Assembly: GCF_022045235.1 (NCBI RefSeq) | Contig: NW_027266282.1 | Location: forward strand, 5,332,001-5,396,000 | Length of the DNA stretch: 64,000 bases | Reading direction: 5' to 3' | Origin: Haliotis cracherodii | Taxonomy: Eukaryota | In this document: positions 38,501 to 51,500 of the stretch, one piece after another | Layout of the letters: every line of letters begins with the position of its first letter | How positions within the stretch are numbered: the stretch's first letter is position 1 | Translations under genes and position numbers: made by a program | Notes under the pieces: model-generated | Seen by the model: the letters and a program-made list of their open reading frames with translations, nothing else | Database searches by the model: none | Told to the model about the DNA's origin: nothing

Positions 38501-39330
38501 GTATATATTTGACAAGACTATCTGTGCAATGTACCAAGACTGAGCCATCACTGTATATTAATAATATTTATCTGTGCCATTACTGTCTATATTTGACAAG
38601 ACTATCTGTGCGATGTACCAAGACTGAGCCATCACTGTATATTAATAATATTTATCTGAGCCATTACTGTATATATTTGACAAGACTATCTGTGCGAGGT
38701 ACCAAGACTGAACCATCACTGTATGTTAATAATATTTATCTGCGCCATTACTTTATACTTGACAGGACTACCAGAGCAGATAGTGTTTATGATTAAGGAC
38801 ATTCTTAGCCTTAACTGTAAACTGGTATATTTGCTGGGCCTATCTGAGCCATTACTGTATAGATTTTATGTAACTATCTGAACCATTTCTGTGTATATTT
38901 GACAAGACTATCTGATCCATTGCTGTACATTTAAAATAACAAAGTCATTACTGTATATATTTTATAAAACTATCTAAAACATTACTGTATATATACTTTA
39001 CAGGACTATCTGAGACATTACTGTATTTTTTTAAATACCATCACAACTATCTGATCCATTGCTGTATATATTTGACAAGACTATCTGTGCGATGTACCAA
39101 GACTGAGCCATCACTGTATATTAATAATATTTATCTGAGCCATTACTGTATATATTTGACAAGACTATCTGTACGATGTACCAAGACTGAGCCATCACTG
39201 TATGTTAATTTTTTTTAATCTGATCCATTACTGTATATATTTGACAAGATTATCTGTATATTTCAAATAATTATCTGTGCCATTACTGTATATAAAGACC
39301 ATCAGTCATTGTTGTATATATCTGACAAGA
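35540..39330. repeat. 84-bp satellite array built from the same monomer, with a ~1.7-kb higher-order duplication
   Basis: gtaccaagactg at 35988, 36072 etc. Spacer at about 35680-35960 is repeated at about 37383-37663. Confidence 0.93.
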
Positions 39331-42300
39331 TTATCAGATTATTTATTATTATTGTAAAGGACATACTCATTCATTTCTGTGTATGTGTGTGTGTGTTTTG
39401 AAAATAAATGAATGTCCATTTAGATGTTTGAAGCAAAGAATCTATTAACAAGGAAATAAATGAATATTTCCATGAATATATATATAATGAAGTAAGGCTT
39501 GATAACAGCTGAGATATCTTGACATACTTCACGATATTCATCCATGATGAAAATGTAAAGAATATATCAATAGCTATCTATATCAGTCTATCTGAGCCAT
39601 AACTGTATATCTAAGATAACCGAGTCATTATCGTATATATTTGACATGACTATCTGATCTATCATTGTAAATAGATTTAACATATCGACTCGAGTGAATA
39701 CTGTATATATGTTATATACCTATCTAAACCAGTAAGTCTTTGTTTCTGGCAGAGGTTCCTAATGAATATGGTAACTATCAAAACCATTAGTGTATATATT
39801 TTATATAACTACCAAAACCGTTACTGTATGTATTTGACAAGAAGATCCATGCCATTACTCAAAATTTGACAAAACTGTCTGTATACTTTATACTGGGCGC
39901 TTATTACATGCAGTGAAGCTAGATGAGATATCTTGACATACTTCACAATATGTCATCCATGATGAAAATGTAAAGAATGAGGTTCATAAACAGATTGCAT
40001 ATGGCAGAGTTCATGGAGCACACATGCTGTTCCTGGCTTCATTAGAAGTCTTCTATATCTTTGTCTTAAATGTCTGATATATCGGATCATGCGTACACTA
40101 CAGGGATACATGCTATTGTTGTTCAGGTGTGCCGGGGGCAGTCATAAGGTTGTATATATGTGCCTGCTTGGAATTGATAACAACACGAAATACATTCAAT
40201 CAATCTTGTACCTGGAGCAGCAGTTATCTAAAAAGTTTGCCTCTTTTTACATCTTCTTTCAACTTCTGAATCCCCATGTTTATTTTGGGAATCATACTGA
40301 TCATTGACATGTTTAAATGCTTTTGACGTTTTCTGTCTCAGCAATAGAAACTAACACTCTCAGTCCGCTAATCCTTATAATGACACATAGCAAAACCTGT
40401 TAAAAGGGAAAAATTCTACTCGTCCTGACAATACTTGAACTAGTGGGCATTTTGGCAAGGACTACATGACTATTGCCAAATCTATTGCTAATGCAAATGT
40501 TATTTACTCAAAAATCAATGTGGTACATTCTGTTGTCGAGTTGGATGTGTCGAATCATGGATAAGTCACCATTTTGTCTTGTCCTCAGATCACGACTATT
40601 AACTATTATTGATATACATATATGTAGATGTCAACCTGACATTGTTATAATTTTTTATACAGTCAACTACGAATGTATCATTGTTCAATATGCTTAAACT
40701 GCAAAATGGGCCTCATCCTCTGCATCCCTTGATCAAGATGTATGTTGTTAGTACATTACTGTCAATTTCAGAAATATAAACTGATAAAAAACTACTAGAA
40801 CAATTCCGGCACTTGCATCCATCTGCGTCCTATCCATCTGGTTGCACTGATGTCAGTAAATATTGTCAGCTAATACCAAGTGAGAACTGTTGATACCAAC
40901 GTGTATCAATGTAAATAAAGTTCTTCCATTGTCCTATCTTCATCCTTCCAGTGTCTTTGTGATGAGTTGTGAGATACATTGTTGAGGCAATAACTTTATC
41001 ACTCCAATCATTCGGGATTTGATTGAAAGGTGCATTGAACAATATTTCAGTTATATCACAGCATGTCAGCTATCCGTCACACTTTGTAACCAACAAGACT
41101 TCACCAGTACTATACTATTTCGGAGAAGTTAAGGACCACCCGATTCTTTCATATTAGTATTATGGTTAGCAATATTCCAGCAATGTCATGGCGGGGGAGA
41201 CAAGAAAAGGGCTTCACACATTGTACCCATGTCATGAATCGAACCCGGGTCCTCGGTGTGACGAGCGAACGCTTTAACCACTAGGCTACCTGGCCGTCCC
41301 TTATTACCTTGACAGATTAACTATAGTAATATGAAAGCATAAGGTGGTCTTTTAACTTCTTTTGAGTAGTATATCTTAAAACAGAGATGCTGAGGAGGGA
41401 TACTGTCCCTGAACCCCCACCAAGTGGTCTTGATGTCTGGAGAATCACAACAACACAAGACTACAATAAGCGTTTTTACTGTGGCATCAAAAGACCATGT
41501 GATGTATGTACAATGAACAATAGTAAACCGTGGCAAAATAGATATAAAATAGACAGCACAGCTGCATGATTCAAAAACATCATGTTTACAGGGAAGAGAC
41601 AGCACAATTTATTCTCACATCCGTCCATTTCATTTTGCTATTACACCCAAGGGGAAATACATCGAAGACAGGATTGCAGGTTTCACAAAATAATCACTTC
41701 CACTCACTGTTCAACCTGACATACAACTGGCACACCTCACAGAACTGTGGCTGATGCTACAAGACAGACACATATGTATATACTAGCACTCTGATATAGA
41801 ACACATCAACAGCATCTTGGATGTTTACATGATTTCATTTGTGATTTACTGGAGACCTGATGCGATAAATCGCCCCTTCTCTTTGGATCAATGACTCTCA
41901 CCTTTGTCTAGTGTACCAAACATGAGAAAGCCTTTCCCCTACTCTCATGTTCCAGACATCAGAAAGGATTTCTCATAGCTTGCCTATCTGGACATGAGAA
42001 AGTCTTTCACTTCCCCTAGGCCTGCGTTCCTGACAACAGGCAACCTTTTATTTAGTTTTGTGGTCCATACACAAGAAAGCCTTTCCCTTATTTTAGGTTC
42101 TGGAGAAATGAAAGCCTATCCCTTGGTTTTTGTAATCTGGACACGAGAAAGCATTCCCTCACAGTGATGGTCCCGACAACGATAAGCATTTTCCTTAGCT
42201 TTTGTTTTCCACACAAGAGAAAGACCTTCCCTTCCCTCGGGTGCATATTTTGGAAAAACAGAAAGCTTCTCATTTAGTTTAGTGTTCCAAACAAGAGAAA

Positions 42301-42507
42301 GCCTTTCCTTTCCCCTAGGTTCATGTTCTGGATAACAGAAACACAAAAATTTCCATAGTTTTGTGTTCTGGATATAATAAGTCCCTCGCTTAAGTTTGCA
42401 TTCATCTTCAGACAAGAATACATCCAGTTGTTTGTTGTCCCTGCTGACAAGACAAAGTCTTTCTGGTTCTTCCTTTGTGTACATACATGTTTTCCTTTCT
42501 TAATTTT

Positions 42508-45500
42508 TCAGTCATGTGAGCTGTCACCTTGTCGCTTGCTCTGTTTTCGTTTCCGCTTGTGCCTTGTCTGCAGGTACCGTTTCTGATGAGCCAATATTGG
42601 GAACAATTCTGCAAAACGAAAAAAGGACTTATTAACGCATACAAGATGAAGAATGTATGATCATTGCAGGCAAAAATCTTAAGGATGGATTTACCCAAAA
42701 TCTATTCACTAATTTCACAGTAGCTTTCAACATCTTAATACAAAATTCATGTAGAAAAGTTTCCATTAAGGTATCACATAATAGGGGCTCGGATGGGATC
42801 TAAAAAGTCATTGGACCCTTAATATAGATTTTTAGCCATACCACAAGAGACATTATTGATTTAGATATCGGTAACCGGATGTGTCATTAATAATTATAAA
42901 CAATGTACAATTTATTCACAGTCTCTCACAGTTGCAAAACTCCCAATAGTTTCACACACATAGAGGGCTATGCTGTGAAATGAACTTGTAAAGATGACGA
43001 ACATAAAACTAGGGGTTAATGATTATCACTTCACCAAGCACTAATTAAAACCTCGTTCTAAAATTGAGTACCTATTCATGAGTGATAGTCACTCGATTAT
43101 CGCAGCAGTCAGCAGTATTCCAGTTATAAAGGAAGCCTGAAAGGTCTCACAGTCAGTCAAGTCTCACAGCAGTCAGGTCAGGTCTCACAGCAGTCAGGTC
43201 ACACAGCCAATCAGGTCAGGTCTCACAGCAGTCAGGTCACACAGCCAATCAGGTCAGGTCTCACAGCAGTCAGGTCACACAGCCAGTCAGGTCAGGTCAC
43301 ACTGTCAGGTCAGGCCACACAGCCAGTCATGTCAGACAATCAGTCAGGTCAGGTCACACTGTCAGGTCAGGTCACACAACCAGTCATGTCCGACAATCAG
43401 TCAGGTCAGGTCACACAACCAGCCATGTCCGACAATCAGTCAGGTCAGGTCATGTCACACTGTCAGGTCAGGTCACACAACCAGTCATGTCCGACAATCA
43501 GTCATGTCAGACAATCAGTCATGTCAGACAATCAGTCAGGTCAGGTCACACTGTCAGGTCAGGTCACACTGTCAGGTCAGGTCAGACTGCCAGTCAGGCC
43601 ACACAGCCACACAGGTCACACAGCCACACAGGTCACACAGCCACACAGGTCAAACAACCAGTCAGGTCACATAGCCACACAGGTCACACAGCCACACAGG
43701 TCACACAGCCACACAGGTCAAACAACCAGTCAGGTCACACAGCCATTTAGGTCACACAGTCAGTCAAATCACATAACCAGTCAGGTGAGGTCACACAACC
43801 AGTCAGGTCACACTGTCAGGTCAGGTCACACTGCCAGTCAGGTCACACAACCAGTCAGGTCACACTGTCAGGTCAGGTCACACTGCCAGTCAGGTCACAC
43901 AGCGAGTCAGGTCACACTGTCAGGTCAGATCACACAACCAGTCAGGTCACAGAGCCAGTCAGGTCACACAGCCAGTCAGGTCACACAACCAGTCAGGTCA
44001 CACAGCCAGTCAGGTCACACTGTCAGGTCAGGTCACACAACCAGTCAGGTCACACAACCACTCAGGTCACACTGCCAGTCAGGTCACAGAGCCAGTCAGG
44101 TCACACTGCCAGTCAGAACACACTGCCGGTCAGATCACACTGTCAGGTCAGGTCACACAACCAGTCAGGTCACAAAACCACTCAGGTCACAAAGCCAGTC
44201 GGGTCACACAGCCAGTCGGGTCACACAACCAGTCGGGTCACACTGCCAGTCAGGTCACACAGCCAGTCAGGTAACACTGTCAGGTCAGGTCACACTGCCA
44301 GTCAGGCCACACAGGTCACACAGTCAGGTCACACAACCAGTCAGGTCACACTGTCAGGTCAGGTCAGGTCACACAACCAGTCAGGTCACACAACCACTCA
44401 GGTCACACTGCCAGTCAGGTCACACAGCCAGTCAGGTAACACTGTCAGGTCAGGTCACACTGCCAGTCAGGCCACACAGGTCACACAGTCAGGTCACACA
44501 GCCAGTCAGGTCACACTGTCAGGTCAGGTCACACAACCAGTCAGGTCACACAACCACTCAGGTCACACTGCCAGTCAGGTCACACAGCCAGTCAGGTCAC
44601 ACTGCCAGTCAGGTCACACAGCCAGTCAGGTCACACTGCCAGTCAGGTCACACAGCCAGTCAGGTCACACAACCAGTCAGGTCACACAGCCAGTCAGGTC
44701 ACACAACCAGTCAGGTCACAGAGCCAGTCAGGTCACACAGCCACACAGGTCAGAAAACCAGTCAGGTCAGGTCACACAGGGTAACCGCTCTAACCCCACC
44801 AGTCTGCTCTTCCCACATGCCTGGGGTACCGGGGCAGACCGCACTCCCACAGGGAACACAAACCCTTCCTTACCTGCTCTATTCTGCAAAGCATTAGTGG
44901 CTGCCTTCATCTCTGCCCGCTGGATGCTGTGACCCATGCCCGTGGCTAGCCGCTCGCCCCGGAAGTACACTGCCACCACGTACTGCCTCGTGTTGGTCGG
45001 ACCACGAGACTCTATGACCCTGTGGAGAAATTGTGATAATGATGACACGTGTTCCACATATGCCTGATCAACATGCTCACAAGCTCTTGAGGGCAGATTA
45101 TGCATGTATAATATATATATCAATTGTGTAGGATTTCTCATGTCCTTAGGGAGACCACATAGATTGGAGCTTTCTCTAAAGCCTGCCATAGTTTTTGGGT
45201 CAGACAACACTTATTTAGGTATGTCTGTCTCTCTCACTGTCAGACAAAACTTACTTACAGTGAGTGAGTTGCTTTCAGCAGTATTACAGTTATGTCATGG
45301 CTTGTCAGCATAATGTGGGAGGAAAGCCTAAAGTGATGCAGGTCTCAGATGTTTACCACTTCGGTGAAACCCACGAGCACAGGGATGCAACTCTGCACAG
45401 CAAATCGCGGCGCACTTACTTACAGACAGGTATGTCTGGCGCTACACCATCCAGCTCTCAGGGTCAGACAACACTTACTTATAGACAGGTATGTCTTGGT

Positions 45501-48500
45501 GAGTGAGTGAGTATGGTCTTACACAGCTTTTAGCAATATTCCAGCAATATCACGGTAGGGGACACCAAAAATGGGCTTCACACATTGTACCCATGTCGGG
45601 AATCGAACCCGGGTCTTCGGTGAACGCTTTAACCACTAGGCTACCCGACCGCCCCTAGGTATGTCTGGCTCTCTCAGGGTCAGACAACACTTACGTATAG
45701 ACAGGTATGTGTGGGTGAGTGACTGAGGATGGTTTTACGATGCTTTTAGCAATATTCTAGCAATATCATCTTGGGGGGACACCAGAAATGGGCTTCACAT
45801 ATTGAACCCATGTCAGAGTCGAACCCGGGTCTTACGCTTTAACCACTAGGCTACCTGACCGCCCCTAGGTATGTCTGGCTCTCTCAGGGTCAGACAACAC
45901 TTACTTATAGACAGGTATGTCCGGCTCTCTCAGGGTCAGACACCACTTACTTATCGACAGGTATGTCTGGCTCTCAGTGTCAGACAACACTTACTTATAG
46001 ACAGGTATGTCCGGCTCTCTCAGGGTCAGACACCACTTACTTATTGACAGGTATGTCTGGCTCTCAGTGTCAGAGAACACTTACTTATAGACAGGTATGT
46101 CAGGCTCTCCACCGTCCAGCTCTCTCAGTGTCAGACAACACTTACTTATAGACAGGTATGTCCAGCTCTCTCAGGGTCAGACAACACTTACTTATAGACA
46201 GGTATGTCCGGCTCTCCACCGTCCAGCTCTCTCAGGGTCAGACAACACTGCTGTAACTGAGACTTGGGGTCATTCCAGTCCTGGTTCATGATGAACATCT
46301 GGAAGAGCAATTTGGTTTGCTTTTATTATCATATCTGACATATCAATAAGGCTACTTTCTTTTTTTCTTTCTATAAAATCAGGACAGTTGTATAGCTTAG
46401 TGGTTGAGGCATTTTCTCCTTACACTTAGGCCTGGGTTTGGTTCTACCATATGGGTACTACAGATAGTCACAGACACAACATTTACACAAGACTTCCCTG
46501 TCATTCCTTGTATACATCAGGCCACACTTTTTAATCTTATGTTTCACAGATATATTTCAGCTTTTCCACACATGGTCAGTTGAAATAAAATAAATGTCAA
46601 TTAATTATTTATTTATTTATATGAAAGTCATTTTGCTGTAGACTTAAAACTGCAGGTGGCCCTTTGAATCAGTGGAAGTAGACATGGACTATATATAAAA
46701 TTATAACAGGGTTATCATCTAAGAGGGTTTGTATTTCTAGCGGGAGACATTCTTAGACTGGCTGCTTTTCAGTAGGGGCAGCGAGCCTGTAAAACAAAAA
46801 TATAACAAATGTGTAGCCTAACCTATTCAAACATCAAAACAATAGGTATCATTGTTATGATTCTAAGAAACTATCTCTGTTACATCATTTCCATGGCTGT
46901 CATCACACTAAATAAATCTTCAAATTTTCAACAGAAGTCCTCTTCACTGTCACCTATCAATAATCAGTTGTGCAAGTAATAGTATCTTGCTGCTTGAGCC
47001 TCTTCCTGTGTACTAGTGTCAACAACGAACTTTGTTGCCACACTATGATTAAATCTTCTCTACGAACATTAAAGTTATTGTTCTCAGAAGCTTATTGGAG
47101 ATTGAAAACAAACAACAACTTGTTTCTCAAAATTTGACTTTAATTGTTATATCTAAAACAATTATTCCACACAATATGGTAAGAAGTATAATTTCCAAAG
47201 TTGTACTTAATCATGTTAACATTGTTTTTTATTCTTGATAAATGATAATAATAGACGTTTTTGTGCTCGTTGCAGACATCTGTAGTCTACTGACTTGCAG
47301 TCACATGTACAAGTGACCCTGTCTTGGGCAGTACTCTACTGTCCCATTTGCTGTACTTGTTTGGCCTGCTGATACATAGCTGGAATACTGTTGCAGCATC
47401 AGCAAACCTAAAAAGCATGGATCACAATGCGGGCTGCATCCTGGCACAACGAAATTCTGTCAAGTGAACTGCAGATCTTTCGATGACTATTTTAATAACG
47501 CAAGTAAATGGAGGTTTTTATGAATGTGATGCATATCTAGGTGGCCATTTCTTTATTTGGAAGGGCAGTACAAAAACCTAAATGTTGGAGTTTCAATATT
47601 GATCACCTTGGTAAAACAAAGGGCACAACTCTGCACAGAGCTTTCCACTGAGCAAGATTTGTCCTACCTTGAGGTTATAATTGGTAGGAGTGAGTGAGTT
47701 GGGTTTAAGCCGCTTTTAGCAATATTCCAGCGGGGGACACCAGAAATGGGCTTCACACATTGTACCCATGTCGGGAATCGAACCCCGGTCTTCGGCGTGA
47801 CGAGGGAACGCTTTAACCACTAAGCTACCCGACCGCCCTGTTAATTGGTAAGAATGACTTCAGTTAAACTGACCTTCAGCCTGGGGAAGAAGCAGACATT
47901 GCAGAACACCTCACAATACTTCAGATCTTTGTCCACAAACAGGGCCCCCAGCAAAGCTAAAAAACAAATCAAGGCTATGAACACAGGAACAATGATTGTC
48001 CAAATAAAGATATCGATATACAAAGGTCATGCTTGATAAAAGTTGTCAAAACGAAGAGGATGTCTTAATGTTTTTGTCTGCTCATACATATTATTTATGA
48101 ATCTTTGGGTGTAAAAACAAGTTTTCAAGTTAAAGGTCGCACAAATGTTGAAGCAAAAGTTCACGACATGAAAAACATCATTTTTCAGAAAATACACAAA
48201 TCATAATCAAACTTTACACTGCTGTTCTCCTATTAGTATAGAAACTGTTCCCTAAACTTGAAAAGAATCCTAAAATGTCTGGAGGAAGATGGTGCATAAA
48301 ACACAGCAAAATATCACAATGATCAAAAAGGGACCTAATAAAGATTTCACTATATATTTTGCTACCCTGACCTTTGACCTTTGACCTTTGACCTTTACAT
48401 GACATGTGGCAAAAGACATAAGAAAAGTCACCGGTGATCGTGGTCGATTCACTAAAAAACCTTGAAGTAGTCCTATTCACCGGGCTGCTAATCATCAATG

Positions 48501-51500
48501 TTGCATCTTAAACACACACAATCATGGCATTATGTGAAGCCTAGAACTTAACAGACTAGCCCATCTTTGAGTTGTTTACACAGCAAACCTTTTGACTAAA
48601 GTAGGTTGATTCTGGTTTGATGTGTTCTTGGGTTGAAGTGAAAGTCCCAGTTCCAAGTTTCTTTCCCTTTCAAACTGCGTTCCTTTTTAATAGGTAAATA
48701 ACCAGACAGTTGACCATGAAAACAATACAGAAATCACAAGCTACATACCTTCCAAGAGATCAGCTTTCTCCTTTGTTTTCATCTCAATCTTCTCTCGACC
48801 CTGTTTGTCGTAGATGACGTACGCTGGCATGCCGAGGTCGTCACAGACGATAGACTGGGTGCGGTTGTTTACAAGTGAGCTTCTCAGCAGCTGCAGAGGA
48901 CACATACAAACATATTTAACATCTCAGCAGCTGCAGAGGACACATACAATCGTATTTAACATCTCAGCAGCTGCAGAAGACACATACAGACGTATTTAAC
49001 ATCTCAGCAGCTGCAGAGGACACATACAGACATATTTAACATCTCAGCAGCTGCAGAGGACACATACAGACTTATTTAACATCTCAGCAGCTGCAGAGGA
49101 CACATACAGACATATTTAACATCTCAGTAGCTGCAGAGGACACATACAGACTTATTTAACATCTCAGTAGCTGCAGAGGACACATACAGACGTATTTAAC
49201 ATCTCAACAGCTGCAGAGGACACATACAGACGTATTTAACATCTCAGCAGCTGCAGAGGACACATACAGACGTATTTAACATCTCAGCAGCTGCAGAGGA
49301 CACATACAGACGTATTTAACATCTCAGCAGCTGCAGAGGACACATACAGACGTATTTAACATCTCAGCAGCTGCAGAGGACACATACAGACGTATTTAAC
49401 ATCTCAGCAGCTGCAGAGGACACATACAGACGTATTTAACATCTCAGCAGCTGCAGAGGACACATACAGACATATTCAACATCTCAGTAGCTGCAGAGGA
49501 CACATACAGACTTATTTAACATCTCAGTAGCTGCAGAGGACACATACAGACGTATTTAACATCTCAACAGCTGCAGAGGACACATACAGACTTATTTAAC
49601 ATCTCAGCAGCTGCAGAGGACACATACAGACGTATTTAACATCTCAGCAGCTGCAGAGGACACATACAGACGTATTTAACATCTCAGCAGCTGCAGAGGA
49701 CACATACAGACGTATTTAACATCTCAGCAGCTGCAGAGGACACATACAGACGTATTTAACATCTCAGCAGCTGCAGAGGACATATACAGACGTATTTAAC
49801 ATCTCAGCAGCTGCAGAGGACACATACAGACTTATTTAACATCTCAGCAGCTGCAGAGGACACATACAGACGTATTTAACATCTCAGCAGCTGCAGAGGA
49901 CACATACAGACATATTTAACATCTCAGCAGCTGCAGAGGACACATACAGACGTATTTAACATCTCAGCAGCTGCAGAGGACACATACAGGACACGGATAT
50001 TTTCCAAAATCTTTTCATGTCTTTAATGAAGGTGCTCACATGATTTGATGCAGCCCGCGAGGTAGGACCTGTTTTATTACAATAGATGTTGCTTATCGAT
50101 CAGATCCTCTTCACTAGATGCTGTCATTTTGTTTTAATTGAGTGAGTATGGTTTGACGCCGCTTTTTGCAATATTCCAGCAATATTACGGCGGGGGACAC
50201 CAGAAATGTTTTAATTGAGTGAGTATGGTTTGACGCCGCTTTTTGCAATATTCCAGCAATATTACGGCGGGGGACATCAGAAATGGGCTTCACTCATTGT
50301 ACCCATGTCGGGAATCGAACCGGGGTCTTCGGCGTGATGAGCGAATGCTTTAACCACTAGGCTACCCGACCGCCCCATTTTGTTTAAAGCAAATGCAAGT
50401 GATATGAGAGTTTATATCTGAATAGTCAATAGGCGGGACACAGAAGGGACATAACTCATTACAGCCACTTGTGGCAATACGATTGAGCCACGAAATTCCA
50501 GCATAGTTCAGCCAGGGTGGAAACTGGACTTTTGTAGTCGGTTAACTCCCTTACCTCAGGAAGATGAAGGAGTTGTTATGTAGGAAACTAAAGACATATA
50601 TGATATACCTTTGGCAAAATAGGAAATGCAGCGAACAGGTTCATATCATGGCTATATCCCCAAAACAACCAAAAATCTATGTTGCATAAGAGCAGTCAAG
50701 TTTCACCCAAATCAGCGTAGTAATGTTATCAAATATCACAAGAGCATTAGTTTCAGTCAACTAGTCCTGATAATAACATGTAGCAAAACCCTTAAAAACG
50801 GCAAATTTCTACTCGTCCTTACAATACTTCAACAATTGGGCAGTTTGGCAAGGACGATATGACCAGTGGCAGTTTCTAATGCTGGCACAATAAGACACTG
50901 TTGTCAAACTTATTAAACAACAAGAACATAAACAATGGCAGATTGACAAAAAACAATAACTCCCTGAGGCTCTCTGACAATGATTCCTAGTGTCTTGCTG
51001 CCAGCCTGCATGTACAAATCTACCATAAATCTCGGATCAAATGACCAACTTCTGTCTCTATCAAAATACAGACTCAAGTCCTTCGGTGCTTGATCCTTCT
51101 CTCATGCTGGTGCCTCTCTATGGAACTCCCTTCCCTTCAGCCACAAAGGTGCACCTAGTATCACACTGTGTTTATGTCTGGACTTAAAACATACCTTTTT
51201 GAACGCTACAACTGAATGTGTATATTTTTACTATCTCACTGTCCCCTCTCTGTTGAATATACCTACATACAGTATGCTGAATTTGTGTAGTCATCATTAT
51301 TATTATTATCATCATCATTATCATTATTGTCATCATTATTATCATCATTATTATCATCGTCATTATCATTATTATTATCATCATCATTATTATCATCATA
51401 ATTATTATTATCATCATCATCATCATCATTATAATCATCACTTTTATCATCATCATCATCATTATTTCCAGTTCATGTTAGGGTTTGACGTACCGAGAGA

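Noticed and set aside
35966-38796. ORFs of 337, 148 and 375 aa (TRLSVQCTKTEPSLY..)
   Set aside because: Products of an 84-bp (28-codon) satellite lacking stops in one frame; non-ATG starts and no non-repeat domain.
42116-42484. 122-aa ORF downstream of the Drosha stop
   Set aside because: Lies in a degenerate ~60-bp repeat in the probable 3' UTR; no recognisable domain.
43329-44897. 522-aa S/Q/H/T-rich ORF
   Set aside because: Translation of an intronic minisatellite antisense to Drosha.
47688-47838. tRNA genes (Asp-like here; Leu-like at 63133 and 465)
   Set aside because: Multiple diverged copies continuing into a shared body and simple-repeat tail, with no intact cloverleaf: SINE heads.
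48883-49988. CRISPR-like regular repeat (also 60177-62063)
   Set aside because: Head-to-tail units with no unique spacers, no cas genes, eukaryotic intron.
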